Positions 1 through 10,102 of a DNA stretch of 64,000 nucleotides are shown one piece after another. Positions within the stretch are counted from its first letter, which is position 1; each line of letters opens with the position of its first letter. The stretch lies in NCBI GenBank assembly GCA_036677065.1, contig JAKFBS010000003.1, positions 288,001 through 352,000 of the forward strand, in the 5' to 3' direction. Made by a program: the position numbers and the translations under genes. A model generated the notes under the pieces. The model made no database searches. It was not told where the DNA came from and was given only the letters and a program-made list of their open reading frames with translations. Source of the stretch: Bdellovibrio sp. (GTDB lineage Bacteria; Bdellovibrionota; Bdellovibrionia; Bdellovibrionales; Bdellovibrionaceae).

Positions 1-466
1 AGAAATGCGCGGATTCAAAACCGAAAACTTCGCAGAATTTCATCCAGCGGGTTCATTAGGCGCAAAACTTCTTAAAGTAAAAGATGTGATGAAATCAGGT
101 GCCGCACTACCCATGGTAACTCCAGATACTTCGATGAAAGACATTCTAACTAAAATGACTCATCAAAGCGTACGCGGCGCAGCTGGCGTAATAGATAAAG
201 ATCAAAATCTAGTAGGCATCATCACAGACGGTGATATCCGCCGCTTCTTAGAAAAAAATCAAAATCCATTCAATGCTTTAGCCAAAGATGTGATGTCGAC
301 AAATCCAAAAACAATCGACGCCGCCGAATTAGCCGAAAAAGCCCTATTCTTAATGGAGCAATTCAGAATCCAAATGCTGATCGTCTTAGACAAAACCTCA
401 GCTAAACCCCTACAACCAGTCGGCATGCTAATCTACCCAGACCTACTTGCCGCGAAAATTAGGTAG
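1..466 (+). CDS. kdsD: KpsF/GutQ-family arabinose-5-phosphate isomerase, C-terminal CBS pair (5' truncated by window edge)
   Basis: FAEFHPAGSLG motif at the SIS/CBS junction, GIITDGDIRR CBS motif; upstream of kdsC-lpt-rpoN synteny. Confidence 0.9.
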   Translation, partial: EMRGFKTENFAEFHPAGSLGAKLLKVKDVMKSGAALPMVTPDTSMKDILTKMTHQSVRGAAGVIDKDQNLVGIITDGDIRRFLEKNQNPFNALAKDVMSTNPKTIDAAELAEKALFLMEQFRIQMLIVLDKTSAKPLQPVGMLIYPDLLAAKIR

Positions 467-470
467 GATG

Positions 471-494
471 TAGGTAGGCCGTTACTTTTTGGGA
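471..494 (+). repeat. Left arm of perfect 24-bp inverted repeat (TAGGTAGGCCGTTACTTTTTGGGA), GTAG-containing, REP-like
   Basis: Exact reverse complement of 1228-1251; contains the transposase stop codon. Confidence 0.9.
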
Positions 495-1120
495 AGCGGC
501 ATGTCTAGCTGGGAACGATAGCCCTCGCTATTGCGTGGAATTTTAAATTCTTTGCGTCTTAGCGCTAAACGTATGTCTTCTTCTAATTCACTTAAAAATG
601 GTTCGTTAAGCCAATCATAATCCAGATTTATGTATTTTGTTTTATCATTAAAAAAATCAATCATGCTCCATTTGAATTTTTTTGGATTGGTGTTGAGAGA
701 AGAATATTTATATTCACTAACAGTGGTACATATTTTGGCTCGAACAGGATTTCTCAAAATATATTTTAAGGCATTCCAATAGTAAACTTCTTCGTAAACG
801 ATTGACCATTTGTATGGCCCGCCAAAGAAGTGGTTTATGCGAGAGGTATTTCTATTCGACCTCTTGGACACTTCTCTTTGTATATGTTGCATGACGCTGT
901 CGATGTTGCTCAATGGAGTGCTCACTAAAAGGTGGTAGTGATTAGACATTAAGACGAATGCATGAAAATGACAGCCAAATTGAGTTTGAGCCTGTTCCAT
1001 AACTTCCATGAAAATATCCCAAAGAGCTTCGCAATTAAGATAAAAAAATTCTTTGTTATTTGATCGTCCAGTAATGTGATAAGGGGAGTCGGGTGTGCGA
1101 ATTAAAAGTTTTCTTGCCAT
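482..1120 (-). CDS. REP-associated tyrosine transposase (RAYT / Y1_Tnp HUH family)
   Basis: YHITGRSNN, FVLMSNHYHLL (HUH), YILRNPVRA (catalytic Tyr region), YKYSS; likely start ATG 1120 (MARK...), ORF track extends to 1150. Confidence 0.88.
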   Translation of the reverse strand: MARKLLIRTPDSPYHITGRSNNKEFFYLNCEALWDIFMEVMEQAQTQFGCHFHAFVLMSNHYHLLVSTPLSNIDSVMQHIQREVSKRSNRNTSRINHFFGGPYKWSIVYEEVYYWNALKYILRNPVRAKICTTVSEYKYSSLNTNPKKFKWSMIDFFNDKTKYINLDYDWLNEPFLSELEEDIRLALRRKEFKIPRNSEGYRSQLDMPLPKK

Positions 1121-1170
1121 AGAAAAGACAATTTGCAGATTTAACGCCAATATAAATTCTTATTTTAAAG

Positions 1171-1208
1171 TAAAAAAAATCCGACAAACGAATTTAGTTT
1201 GCCGGATT
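1171..1208 (-). terminator. Rho-independent terminator downstream of the OMP gene
   Basis: Stem AATCCGACAAAC / GTTTGCCGGATT (1178-1208) with A-run at 1172-1179 (U-tract on the minus strand). Confidence 0.7.
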
Positions 1209-1227
1209 AGTTATATGACAGATTGCA

Positions 1228-1251
1228 TCCCAAAAAGTAACGGCCTACCTA
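1228..1251 (-). repeat. Right arm of 24-bp inverted repeat
   Basis: TCCCAAAAAGTAACGGCCTACCTA; contains the OMP stop codon (1249-1251). Confidence 0.9.
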
Positions 1252-1944
1252 AAAATACGTAGAGATGCCGACGACGGCTTGGAGGCCGGTTGTTGTTACG
1301 TCGCCTGTTGCGGGGCTGGTGCGATCCCATGAGAATACTAGGCCGCCGCGGATACAGTGGTCATCGCTGATGCCGTACCATTTTGCAAATGGACCGACTG
1401 TTAAGCCCATAGAATTAAATGCATCGGCTTCGCCTTGTTTTGTTTGTGCGAAAGTAAATTCTGCATCACCAGAAAAAATTAAATCTGTGCCGATGATATT
1501 GGGTTGAAAGTTATAAGTACCGAAACCGCCCACGCCCCAAGTGTATGAGGGTTTTAAGCTGCCAGATTTTGAGTAATCAAAGACCACTAATGGCCCGTAT
1601 TCGTATTGTTTTTTATTCCAGCCGAACTTTAAAGCCGTGCTGATGGCCATCACAGATTGTGCACCTGCTGTGTCAACTTTTGTATTTGAAAAAGCGAAGT
1701 CTAAACCGATTAAATAATTACGTGAACCCTTACCTGAAGCTACAGGATCCAGTGAAACTTCACCGTCAACTTTACCCACAGCGTAGCTTTCGCCAACTTT
1801 TAATTTTTCGCCTGTTTGGATTTCGACAATCGCGCGATTGCCTTTAACTTGAATCACGTTAAGTTGCTGGGCCTGCGAAAAGCTTGCGCCAAATAGAAAC
1901 ATAATTGTTGTTAGCACAGAGATTTTTAAATTCATGATGTTCAT
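1249..1944 (-). CDS. Outer-membrane beta-barrel protein
   Basis: Signal peptide (SQA|QQ), alternating amphipathic strands, C-terminal Phe (STYF). Confidence 0.7.
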   Translation of the reverse strand: MNIMNLKISVLTTIMFLFGASFSQAQQLNVIQVKGNRAIVEIQTGEKLKVGESYAVGKVDGEVSLDPVASGKGSRNYLIGLDFAFSNTKVDTAGAQSVMAISTALKFGWNKKQYEYGPLVVFDYSKSGSLKPSYTWGVGGFGTYNFQPNIIGTDLIFSGDAEFTFAQTKQGEADAFNSMGLTVGPFAKWYGISDDHCIRGGLVFSWDRTSPATGDVTTTGLQAVVGISTYF

Positions 1945-2124
1945 TCTCCTGATTGAATTGATTGTGCAAGAACGATGAAATATTGGGAATTAAAAAGATG
2001 ACCGCAGACAATCGTCCAGTAGTTTTCACAAACTATGATACATAACTCTTTTTCGCAGGACTAAGGTCGTTGCGGATATTGCGCATGTGTTGCCCCCCGC
2101 AGTTTTATTTTTAACAATGATAGA

Positions 2125-2655
2125 GTGAGTATAGATGTACAAAAATTAAAGAATATTAAGATGTTAGTTTTAGACGTTGACGGAATTTTAACGGATTGTC
2201 GTTTGTGGATGGATTCTGACGGACACTGGAAAAGAATTTATTCTGTTCGTGATGGCGTTGGTATTAAAGCGCTTTTAGAAAACGGCTACAAAGTGGCAGT
2301 CATCACTGGCGCAACCGCTGACGATGTGCGCGCGCGCGTAAAAATGTTAGGAATTTCATACCTCTACGAAGGGGCATTAAATAAAACACCACCGTTTGAA
2401 GACTTGCAAAAACAATCTGGAATTTTACCTTCAGAAATGGCCTACATGGGAGACGATTTTTTTGATGTTCCCATTTTAAATGCCGTGCAGTTTTCAGCGA
2501 CGGTTCCTGATGCTATGGAAGAAGTTTTGGAATGCGTACAATATGTTACTAAACGCCCGGCTGGTAACGGTGCTGTACGCGAAGTTTGTGATTTTATTTT
2601 AAAATATGGTTTTTACTCTAAAGGAAGTCGTGCCGAAGGCGCGCAAGGAAAATAG
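2125..2655 (+). CDS. kdsC: KDO 8-phosphate phosphatase (HAD)
   Basis: LDVDGILTD, DGVGIK, YMGDD, GNGAVREVCD motifs. Confidence 0.93.
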   Translation: MSIDVQKLKNIKMLVLDVDGILTDCRLWMDSDGHWKRIYSVRDGVGIKALLENGYKVAVITGATADDVRARVKMLGISYLYEGALNKTPPFEDLQKQSGILPSEMAYMGDDFFDVPILNAVQFSATVPDAMEEVLECVQYVTKRPAGNGAVREVCDFILKYGFYSKGSRAEGAQGK

Positions 2656-2658
2656 AGC

Positions 2659-3369
2659 ATGACGCTAATTAGAAACATAATGTTTATTCTTTTATTTACA
2701 AGCCTGGCCCACGCTGCTGATCCGGTCGACGTGCCATTGGATGAGCTGGCGCAAGAGTCGGTTTACCCCGTGTTTGATCACCCCCAAAGTGTGAAAAACA
2801 GAAACGTAGCTACTAAGGGCCGCATCGATGTCGGTATCTTTGGTGGATATGCTTTAACAGAACCAATTTATGACACCACAAAATTCGGCGTAGCTGCGAA
2901 TTACCATTTTTCTGAATTACATTCTTTGGGTTTATTATTCAGTCAAAACAGCGCAGGTCTTTCAAAAGACGCTGAGGGCTTGAAAACTGACCAGCGTCTT
3001 GATTTTGATCGTGCGCCAAAGCCAACAAATACAACTATGTTAGATTATAACTTCAAACCGTATTACGGAAAGTTATCACTTTCTAAATTAGCTGTAATCA
3101 ATACGACAATCTACGGTTCTGCAGCAGCCGGTATGGTTGCTTACGAACATAAATCATATCCTGCAATTGCGTTAGGATTGGGCGAAAGATTTTATTTTAA
3201 TAAATCTTTATCTTTAAAAGCAGACCTTCGGTTGTTTGTGCATCAAGCACCGATTCCTTTTTTAAGAGGTCATATTAAAGATACTGATCCAGTACCAACA
3301 GTTGATCAATTTCATGAACGTATTACTTATACGACCAATTTAGAAGTTGGCCTTAACTATTTATTTTAG
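2659..3369 (+). CDS. GltA/GltB-like outer-membrane beta-barrel (gliding cluster)
   Basis: Signal peptide, PYYGKLS motif, C-terminal YLF, first gene of the glt cluster. Confidence 0.7.
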   Translation: MTLIRNIMFILLFTSLAHAADPVDVPLDELAQESVYPVFDHPQSVKNRNVATKGRIDVGIFGGYALTEPIYDTTKFGVAANYHFSELHSLGLLFSQNSAGLSKDAEGLKTDQRLDFDRAPKPTNTTMLDYNFKPYYGKLSLSKLAVINTTIYGSAAAGMVAYEHKSYPAIALGLGERFYFNKSLSLKADLRLFVHQAPIPFLRGHIKDTDPVPTVDQFHERITYTTNLEVGLNYLF

Positions 3370-3378
3370 GAGTGAAAA

Positions 3379-4212
3379 GTGAAAATTAATTCTATTTTTA
3401 CAAAATTAATTCTTTTCGCGATGTTTTCCAGCGTGACTGTGAATGCACAACAAACTTTAGATGAAGATGATATCGTAAGTGTTGAAGGCGTTTATTCGAA
3501 TCAACCCGCTGTGAAGGAAACAAAGCCTGCAAAAAATGAAGAAGAGCTGCCAGCGCAGTTAAAACAAAATGCGCAATCTGTGGATGTTAAAAATTTAACA
3601 GATTTAAATCGCCTAGCTCCATTTAGCGAAGTTTCAGTTATTCAGAAGAAATTTATGCCAAAAACGCAGCGTTTTCAGTTTTTCGCAGCTGGAAGTGTAA
3701 TGACAAATACACCTTGGTATAACAACGTAGGCCTAAAACTTAATTTAAGTTACAATTTCACTGAGACATTAGGGTTAGAACTAAGTTCAATGTTTATGAC
3801 AAACGCTAAACGTGAGTCTACAAAAGAAATCTTAGAGGAACATAACCTTGAAGCTGAGCAATTTATCTATACGAAAAGCTACACAGGTTTAGATCTTGTG
3901 TGGAGTCCGATCTACGGAAAAATCTCTAATTTAAATGATACGATTATTCCTTTTGATATGTATTTTTCTTTAGGCGGCGGAACTTCGGCAACGAATTCTC
4001 AAGAAGGCAATAATGCCACTTTTCACTTTGGCTTAGGGCAAATTTTTGCGATCACTAAATCAATGGCCTTTCGCTGGGATTACAGCTTTAACACTTTTTC
4101 TGCGACTCCGGTGGCGACAGCAACTTCAGGAAGCCCTGAAAAAAGTAATTACAATGACTTAGTCTTGTCCGCGGGAATCAGTTTCTTCTTTCCGGAGGCT
4201 TCATACAGATGA
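3379..4212 (+). CDS. GltA/GltB-like outer-membrane beta-barrel (gliding cluster)
   Basis: VIQKKFMPK and WSPIYGK motifs, GISFFFP end; paralogous to the previous gene. Confidence 0.72.
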   Translation: MKINSIFTKLILFAMFSSVTVNAQQTLDEDDIVSVEGVYSNQPAVKETKPAKNEEELPAQLKQNAQSVDVKNLTDLNRLAPFSEVSVIQKKFMPKTQRFQFFAAGSVMTNTPWYNNVGLKLNLSYNFTETLGLELSSMFMTNAKRESTKEILEEHNLEAEQFIYTKSYTGLDLVWSPIYGKISNLNDTIIPFDMYFSLGGGTSATNSQEGNNATFHFGLGQIFAITKSMAFRWDYSFNTFSATPVATATSGSPEKSNYNDLVLSAGISFFFPEASYR

Positions 4213-5813
4213 TTAATTTAAAAACAACCTCAGTATTTTTAGCTTTGGCCGTAGCATTTGCAGCGCCAGATGTTGCGCTTGCTCAAACTAAAAAAGCCAA
4301 AACCATTCCGAAATCGTTTCAGCGTAAAGCTGCACCGAAGGTTTATTCAGATTCTAAAAACTCTGGAGCACGTAATCAGATTCAAGCAGCAATCACTCAG
4401 TTTAAGAATGGAAATTACCAGGCAGCATCGAACACGCTATACGCTTTAACAAAACGCAGGGATTTATTAGCAGAACGCCCGCAATTACGCCTATATTTAG
4501 GTGAAGCGTTGATGGAAATGAACTTAAATCAAACGGCAGCTTTTCAGTTTGTTGATTTAATTAAATCAGGTGATGGCCGTTTTACTCGCCAAGCGATCGA
4601 AAAGTTATTAATCGTAACTGACAGATTAGGTGATGAAACACTTTTAAACTACGCGATTCAACGTATTGACGTATCAAGTGTACCGACTCAGCACCGTGAA
4701 ATGCTTTATTACCGTTTAGGCGAAATTAAATCAGCTAACGGCGATTTCTCTGCTGCGGCCCAATCATTTGCTAAAGTCGGCCCACAAAGCCGTTATTATT
4801 TTAATGCAGTTTATGAATTAGCCTTAGCGCAAGCTGAAGCTAAACAACCAGAACTTGCGATCTCTACTTTTAAAAAGCTTTTAAATGTTCGTGATAACGC
4901 AAAAGTGACTGATACAAATAAAGTAGCAGCCATGATGGGTATTGCGCGCTCAATGTATCAGAAAAAAGACTTTGAAGGCGCGATTAATATGTATTCAAAA
5001 ATTCCTCGTGATCACGTGATGTGGCATGATGCGATGTTTGAAAAAAGCTGGGCGATGTTACGTGCAGCCAGATTTAGATCTGCACTGTCTAACTTTCAGT
5101 CGCTTCATTCAAGTTACTATGAAGACTTTTTTATTCCAGAATCATTACTTTTAAGATCAATCGTTTATTTATACATCTGTAAATATGACGAGATCGAAAA
5201 AGTATTAAGTCTTTATGAAAAACAATACGGGCCGGTGCAATCAAGTATTGAAAATTACTTAAATTCAAGCCGTGCTTCTGAAAGTTATTACTCTGAAGTT
5301 GAAAAAGCTTACATCATGAGAAAAGACGAAGACATCACTAAAAAAACGGTTCTACCGATTAAGGTGGTGAATAAGATTTCTCAAGAGGGTAACGTTCGCC
5401 GTTCTTTAGCTTACATCAAAAAAGTTGTCGAAGAGCGCCGTTTAATTGAAGAGAACCCGAATTTTCGTAACTCTTCTGTAGGTCAATATGCTCTTAAAAT
5501 CTTAAATAACCGACTTAAAGGCGCTAAAGCTTTAACTGGTGATATGGTTAAAGCTCATTTAGAAAACATGAATGTCGAGCTTAAAGATTTACAAGAACAG
5601 GCAAGTCTTATCCGTTACGAGATGATTAACGGTAAAAAAGAGACAATTAAAAAGCGTATTGCAGGAAAAGATCTAACAGATTTGCAAGTGGATGATAAAC
5701 AAGATCGTTCATTCTACGTGCAAAACGGTTACGAGTACTATCCGTTTCAGGGTGAGTACTGGTTAGATGAAGTAGGTAACTATCACTATCTTGGAAAACA
5801 AAGCTGCGAGTAA
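4209..5813 (+). CDS. gltC: TPR gliding motility protein GltC-like
   Basis: Signal peptide, TPRs, C-terminal YPFQGEYWLDEVGNY motif. Confidence 0.8.
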   Translation: MINLKTTSVFLALAVAFAAPDVALAQTKKAKTIPKSFQRKAAPKVYSDSKNSGARNQIQAAITQFKNGNYQAASNTLYALTKRRDLLAERPQLRLYLGEALMEMNLNQTAAFQFVDLIKSGDGRFTRQAIEKLLIVTDRLGDETLLNYAIQRIDVSSVPTQHREMLYYRLGEIKSANGDFSAAAQSFAKVGPQSRYYFNAVYELALAQAEAKQPELAISTFKKLLNVRDNAKVTDTNKVAAMMGIARSMYQKKDFEGAINMYSKIPRDHVMWHDAMFEKSWAMLRAARFRSALSNFQSLHSSYYEDFFIPESLLLRSIVYLYICKYDEIEKVLSLYEKQYGPVQSSIENYLNSSRASESYYSEVEKAYIMRKDEDITKKTVLPIKVVNKISQEGNVRRSLAYIKKVVEERRLIEENPNFRNSSVGQYALKILNNRLKGAKALTGDMVKAHLENMNVELKDLQEQASLIRYEMINGKKETIKKRIAGKDLTDLQVDDKQDRSFYVQNGYEYYPFQGEYWLDEVGNYHYLGKQSCE

Positions 5814-5815
5814 TT

Positions 5816-8800
5816 ATGAAGAAGACGATTCAGTGGTTAATATTTTTTACAGCATTGATTGGCATTTTAGTAGCAAAGGCCGAGATCGCGCACGCGCAGC
5901 CGAAGAAGTCTAAAAAAATGACCGTGGGTGAACTTCTAAGCAAAGTCAGAGATGACAGCCGTGGCGGTAAAATCCAGACGATGCAAAAAAACGATACGAC
6001 TTTACCAGAAACTCAGTTCGCGTTTAAACAACAGCCGCAAACGAATTTATCTTCGGTAAAGCCGCCGCGTTCAACTGAGATTTTAAAATTTGAACCAGGT
6101 GATGACCAAGCAGAATACGAAAAAACTTTAGATCGTCAGATCCAAGAGCTTTATAAGTTAACGAAAAAATTCGAAAACAGCCCAAACCGCGGTGAATTGT
6201 GGTTACGTTTAGCTGAGTTATACGTCGAAAAATCAACTTTAGTTGATTCGCGCAAACAAGATAATTACGATGCGCAATTACGCAATTTTCAAGAAGGTAA
6301 AACCAAAACTAAGCCCCGCTTAGACACGAAAGAGTCGCAGCAGTATAATCGCCGTGCGATTCAGTTGTATGAATGGTTCTTGCGTGATTACCCGAATGAT
6401 GAAAAAGTCAGCCAAGCGTTATTCTTTTTAGGTTACAATTACTTTGAATTAAATGATGCGGCCAAAGGGGCAAGTTACTACGACCAATTAACTCGTCGTT
6501 ACCCTAATTCTCCATTCGTAGGCGAAGCGCACTTTGCCTTAGGTGAATATTATTTTGAAAACGAAAAATGGGCTGATGCCTATAAAGAGTATTCAAAACT
6601 AATTAAGCAAAAACGTCATAGATTGCATTCGTTTTCTTTATACAAAGGCGGCTGGTGTTTATTTCGCTTAGGACGTACTGAAGAGGCGATTAAATATTTA
6701 GATTTTATTATTAAACTAGATGAAAATTCGTCACGTAAAAAGGCTGTTCGCAGATCGAAACTAGAAAATGAAGCCTTACGCGACATCGTGATGTTCTTTT
6801 CTGATATCGCAGATACAAAACGTGCGGTAAATTATTTCAAGAACCTAAATTTACCGGACAGTAACGCTTACATCGAAAAATTAGCTTACTATTATGCTGA
6901 TAAGGGTGGAAAAGATGCTTCTCGCGATGTATTTCGTTATTTAATCAGCGAAGATCCAACTTCGAAAAAAGCTTTTGAATACCAATACCAAATTGTACAG
7001 AATTATTTCTACTCAAAAAATTCGCCGCAATTTAAAGAAGAGTTATATAACTGGATTAATAACTTTAAAAAAGATTCAAACTGGGCAGAGCGTAATAAAA
7101 ATGACCAGGCTTTTTTAGAAAAGTCATACCAATTACGTGAACAAACTTTAAGAAATTACATTTTACAACAGCATCAAACAGCACAAAATTCACGAGCTTC
7201 ATATTCTCGCCAGTTAGCTTTAGATGGATATCAATTATACTTCCAGGAATTTTCTGATTCTACGCAAGTGGCTGATATGCACTTTTTCTATGCCGAGCTG
7301 TTATATGATATGAATAAGTTTGAAGAAGCCGCCACTCATTATACTTGGGTTGCCGAAAATGCTCCAAAAAGTAAGTACGGTGCAAAATCGGCACAGAACT
7401 TATTGTTATCGATTGAAAAAGCTCTTCCAAAAGATGAAGAGTTGGCAAAGCGTAAAGGCGATTCAATTGAACCTATCCCGTTTGATCCAAGAGTTGAAAA
7501 ATTCTTAAAATCAGCGCAATGGTACACTGAAAAATTTCCGAATTCAGAAAAATTGGCTGAGATCAAATTTCGCATGGGTCGTTTGTATTACCAATCGAAT
7601 CACTTTAACGAAGCAGAAGTGCTATTTAAAGAGATCGTGGCTAAATATCCTAAAACTAAGTTTTCTGAGTATTCGGCAAATCTTTTATTAGATATCTACA
7701 ATCTTAAAAAAGATTTCGTGGGCTTAGAAAAAATGGGTGCTGAGCTTTTACAAAATGAATCAATCTCGTCTTCTAAAACAGGATCAGATATTCGTAATGT
7801 ATTAGAGCGAGCAAGCTTTAAAAAAGGCCAAGATTTAGAAACTGATAAAAAATATTTAGAATCAGCTGAACAGTACCAGGCTTTCGCGATACAAAATCCG
7901 AAATCTGAACTGGTTTCAATGGCGTTATTTAATTCAGGCGTTAACTTTGAGCGCTCTGGTAAAAATTATGAAGCGATTCAAAACTACAAAAAGACTTTGG
8001 CAACTAAAGACAAAAATTCAACCGCAGTAAAGCCTAAAGCGCAAAAATTATTAGCTAAGCTTTACCAAGATGCCGGCCAATTTGAAGAGTCGGCTAAATT
8101 ATTTAAACAAGCAGCCAATGATAATCCAAAAGATCCATTAACGCCGAACTATTTATTTAATGCGGCCGTGATGTATGAAGCTTTAGGCAGCAACAAAGAA
8201 GCGATCAGCACTTATAATGAATTTTTAAAAGTGAACAAATCAAATAAAGAAAATTTAGAAACTCTTTATAATTTAGCTGAATTAATGCGTAAATCTGGCA
8301 GCCCGGGTTGGCAGTCGAAATACCGTGAGTACGCTGAATCTGCTCCTAATTCTGCAAAACGGGTAGCTGCGTATTATTATGTCGGTAAAAACGAAGAAAA
8401 CGAAGCTATCGCAGTCTACAACAAACTAAAACAGTCAGAAAGATCTGATGCTGCGAAATACATTGCTAAAATTAAACTTCGCAACGCCGGTGAAATGTAT
8501 AACGAATTAGTGGGTTTGAAAATTCCTGCTGATCCGAAAAAACAAAAAACGATCGTCGATAAAAAATTGGGCTTAGTAACTAAGCTTGGTGAAGTGTTAA
8601 CAGAAACGATCAAGTTAGATTCGGCGGATGAAATCGTATCTTCATTAGATTTATTAGGTGCTACGAATGAGCATATTGGTACGGCAATTGTGAATGCTCC
8701 GGTTCCTGCAGGTTTAAACGATGACCAGAAAAAACAATATGCAGCTGGTATTCAAAAAATCGCTGATCCGTTCTTGAAAAAAGCAGATGACAGTTACAAA

Positions 8801-8956
8801 GCTGCCGTTGAGCGTGGTCGTGATTTAGATGTGTATAATGATGCTTATAAACACGCGCTAGCACAAGCCGCTGCTAAAGATTCTAAAAATGTTTACAGTG
8901 GTTCAGAGATTTCTTCAGAATCCCGTTTAATCCAGTGGGTGGGGGATAACAAATAA
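5816..8956 (+). CDS. gltD: Large TPR gliding protein GltD/AgmU-like
   Basis: 1046 aa, many TPRs (RLAELY, GEYYF, FRMGRLYY); cluster position. Confidence 0.78.
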   Translation: MKKTIQWLIFFTALIGILVAKAEIAHAQPKKSKKMTVGELLSKVRDDSRGGKIQTMQKNDTTLPETQFAFKQQPQTNLSSVKPPRSTEILKFEPGDDQAEYEKTLDRQIQELYKLTKKFENSPNRGELWLRLAELYVEKSTLVDSRKQDNYDAQLRNFQEGKTKTKPRLDTKESQQYNRRAIQLYEWFLRDYPNDEKVSQALFFLGYNYFELNDAAKGASYYDQLTRRYPNSPFVGEAHFALGEYYFENEKWADAYKEYSKLIKQKRHRLHSFSLYKGGWCLFRLGRTEEAIKYLDFIIKLDENSSRKKAVRRSKLENEALRDIVMFFSDIADTKRAVNYFKNLNLPDSNAYIEKLAYYYADKGGKDASRDVFRYLISEDPTSKKAFEYQYQIVQNYFYSKNSPQFKEELYNWINNFKKDSNWAERNKNDQAFLEKSYQLREQTLRNYILQQHQTAQNSRASYSRQLALDGYQLYFQEFSDSTQVADMHFFYAELLYDMNKFEEAATHYTWVAENAPKSKYGAKSAQNLLLSIEKALPKDEELAKRKGDSIEPIPFDPRVEKFLKSAQWYTEKFPNSEKLAEIKFRMGRLYYQSNHFNEAEVLFKEIVAKYPKTKFSEYSANLLLDIYNLKKDFVGLEKMGAELLQNESISSSKTGSDIRNVLERASFKKGQDLETDKKYLESAEQYQAFAIQNPKSELVSMALFNSGVNFERSGKNYEAIQNYKKTLATKDKNSTAVKPKAQKLLAKLYQDAGQFEESAKLFKQAANDNPKDPLTPNYLFNAAVMYEALGSNKEAISTYNEFLKVNKSNKENLETLYNLAELMRKSGSPGWQSKYREYAESAPNSAKRVAAYYYVGKNEENEAIAVYNKLKQSERSDAAKYIAKIKLRNAGEMYNELVGLKIPADPKKQKTIVDKKLGLVTKLGEVLTETIKLDSADEIVSSLDLLGATNEHIGTAIVNAPVPAGLNDDQKKQYAAGIQKIADPFLKKADDSYKAAVERGRDLDVYNDAYKHALAQAAAKDSKNVYSGSEISSESRLIQWVGDNK

Positions 8957-9810
8957 TGAAATTAGTAAAATTACTTCCAACACTAGTTCTAGCATTTATG
9001 GTGGGCTGTGCTTCATCAGAAAAATCGTCGAACAATTCTGATAGTGAAGTGACTGATGCGGCTTCAAACAAAGTAAGCCCTTCGCAAAGTGACCTGAACA
9101 CAAGCATTAAGAAAAATGGTGTGAACGGTGAGGTTGGTGGTGCCACAGCTTCAGAGCGTCTGACAGAGGCCGTACGCTTGCAAAATGATGAAGGCATCTC
9201 GCAAGCCACAACCGAGATTTTAACGCAAAATCCGAAAGATTTACGCGCTTTGAATGCATTGGCGATGGTGTATTACAAACGCGGTCGTTTTGAGGCGGCA
9301 GAATATTTATTAAATAAAGCAATGGCTGTCGATAATGATCGCGCTGAACTTTACAGTAACATGGGTTTGATCCGCATGGCTCAGGGTGAAAAGCGCGAAG
9401 CGATCAAGGCTTTTCGCAAAGGTTTAGAAATCAACAATCAAGATGCAGTGATCGGCGCAAACTTAGGTTCAATTTACGTGAAAGATAAAGATTATTCTAA
9501 AGCTGAATTAGCTCTGGAAATTCCAATTCGTAAAGGAACTAAAGATGTTAAGACTTTAAATAACTATGCCATTGCATTAACAGGCACAGGAAAACATGAC
9601 AAAGCTTTAGGAATTTATGAAAAGCTGATGAAGGATAATCCAGGTCAGCGCGATATTATGTTAAACTATTCAATCTTGTTGATTGAACATAAACAAAAAT
9701 ACCGCGAAGGAGTTGATATTCTTAACAGACTAAAGTTTGTAGGCGCGCCTCCTGAGGCTAGGAATCTAATAAAAGATTTGGAATCAAAGGCAAAAGCTGG
9801 TTTAAAATAG
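8956..9810 (+). CDS. gltE: TPR lipoprotein GltE/AglT-like
   Basis: Lipobox MVGC, TPRs; cluster position. Confidence 0.75.
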   Translation: MKLVKLLPTLVLAFMVGCASSEKSSNNSDSEVTDAASNKVSPSQSDLNTSIKKNGVNGEVGGATASERLTEAVRLQNDEGISQATTEILTQNPKDLRALNALAMVYYKRGRFEAAEYLLNKAMAVDNDRAELYSNMGLIRMAQGEKREAIKAFRKGLEINNQDAVIGANLGSIYVKDKDYSKAELALEIPIRKGTKDVKTLNNYAIALTGTGKHDKALGIYEKLMKDNPGQRDIMLNYSILLIEHKQKYREGVDILNRLKFVGAPPEARNLIKDLESKAKAGLK

Positions 9811-9826
9811 TATGACGAGGTCGTTT

Positions 9827-10102
9827 ATGTTCCGATCACATATTGCGTTAATTTTAGGTTTAGCAACTTTATTAGTTGCGAATGTGTCTTTGGCACAGAA
9901 TTACAAATTGCGCGCAGGGCAAAAACAAACCCTGAATTTCGAAGACGAATTAGTAGAAGGTTCGGCGTCGAAGCCAGAATTATTTTACCTATTTCAAAAG
10001 AAAAATTTCAATTACACGCGTTTAATTAAACTAAGAGAAAACTTTTTACCCGAAATGAGAAAAACATCTGAAGACATCCAGCGACTTCGGGGGGGACGTT
10101 GA
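9827..10102 (+). CDS. gltF: Small secreted gliding protein GltF/CglF-like
   Basis: LNFEDELVEG...KP and LIKLRENFLPEM motifs; SD GAGG before ATG 9827. Confidence 0.75.
   Translation: MFRSHIALILGLATLLVANVSLAQNYKLRAGQKQTLNFEDELVEGSASKPELFYLFQKKNFNYTRLIKLRENFLPEMRKTSEDIQRLRGGR

Larger units (their letters stand above)
471..1251. mobile_element. IR-bounded RAYT/Y1 transposase cassette inserted between kdsD and an OMP gene
   Basis: HUH transposase flanked by a 24-bp perfect IR; visibly AT-richer than neighbours. Confidence 0.6.

Noticed and set aside
482..1150. IS200/IS605 element with TnpB/IscB
   Set aside because: No RuvC-type partner gene; the length and NPVRA/YSS motifs fit RAYT better than short IS200 TnpA.
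1965..1980. Sigma-54-like site upstream of the first OMP gene
   Set aside because: It has TTGCA at -12 but TTTCAT instead of TGGCA at -24, so the invariant GG is missing.
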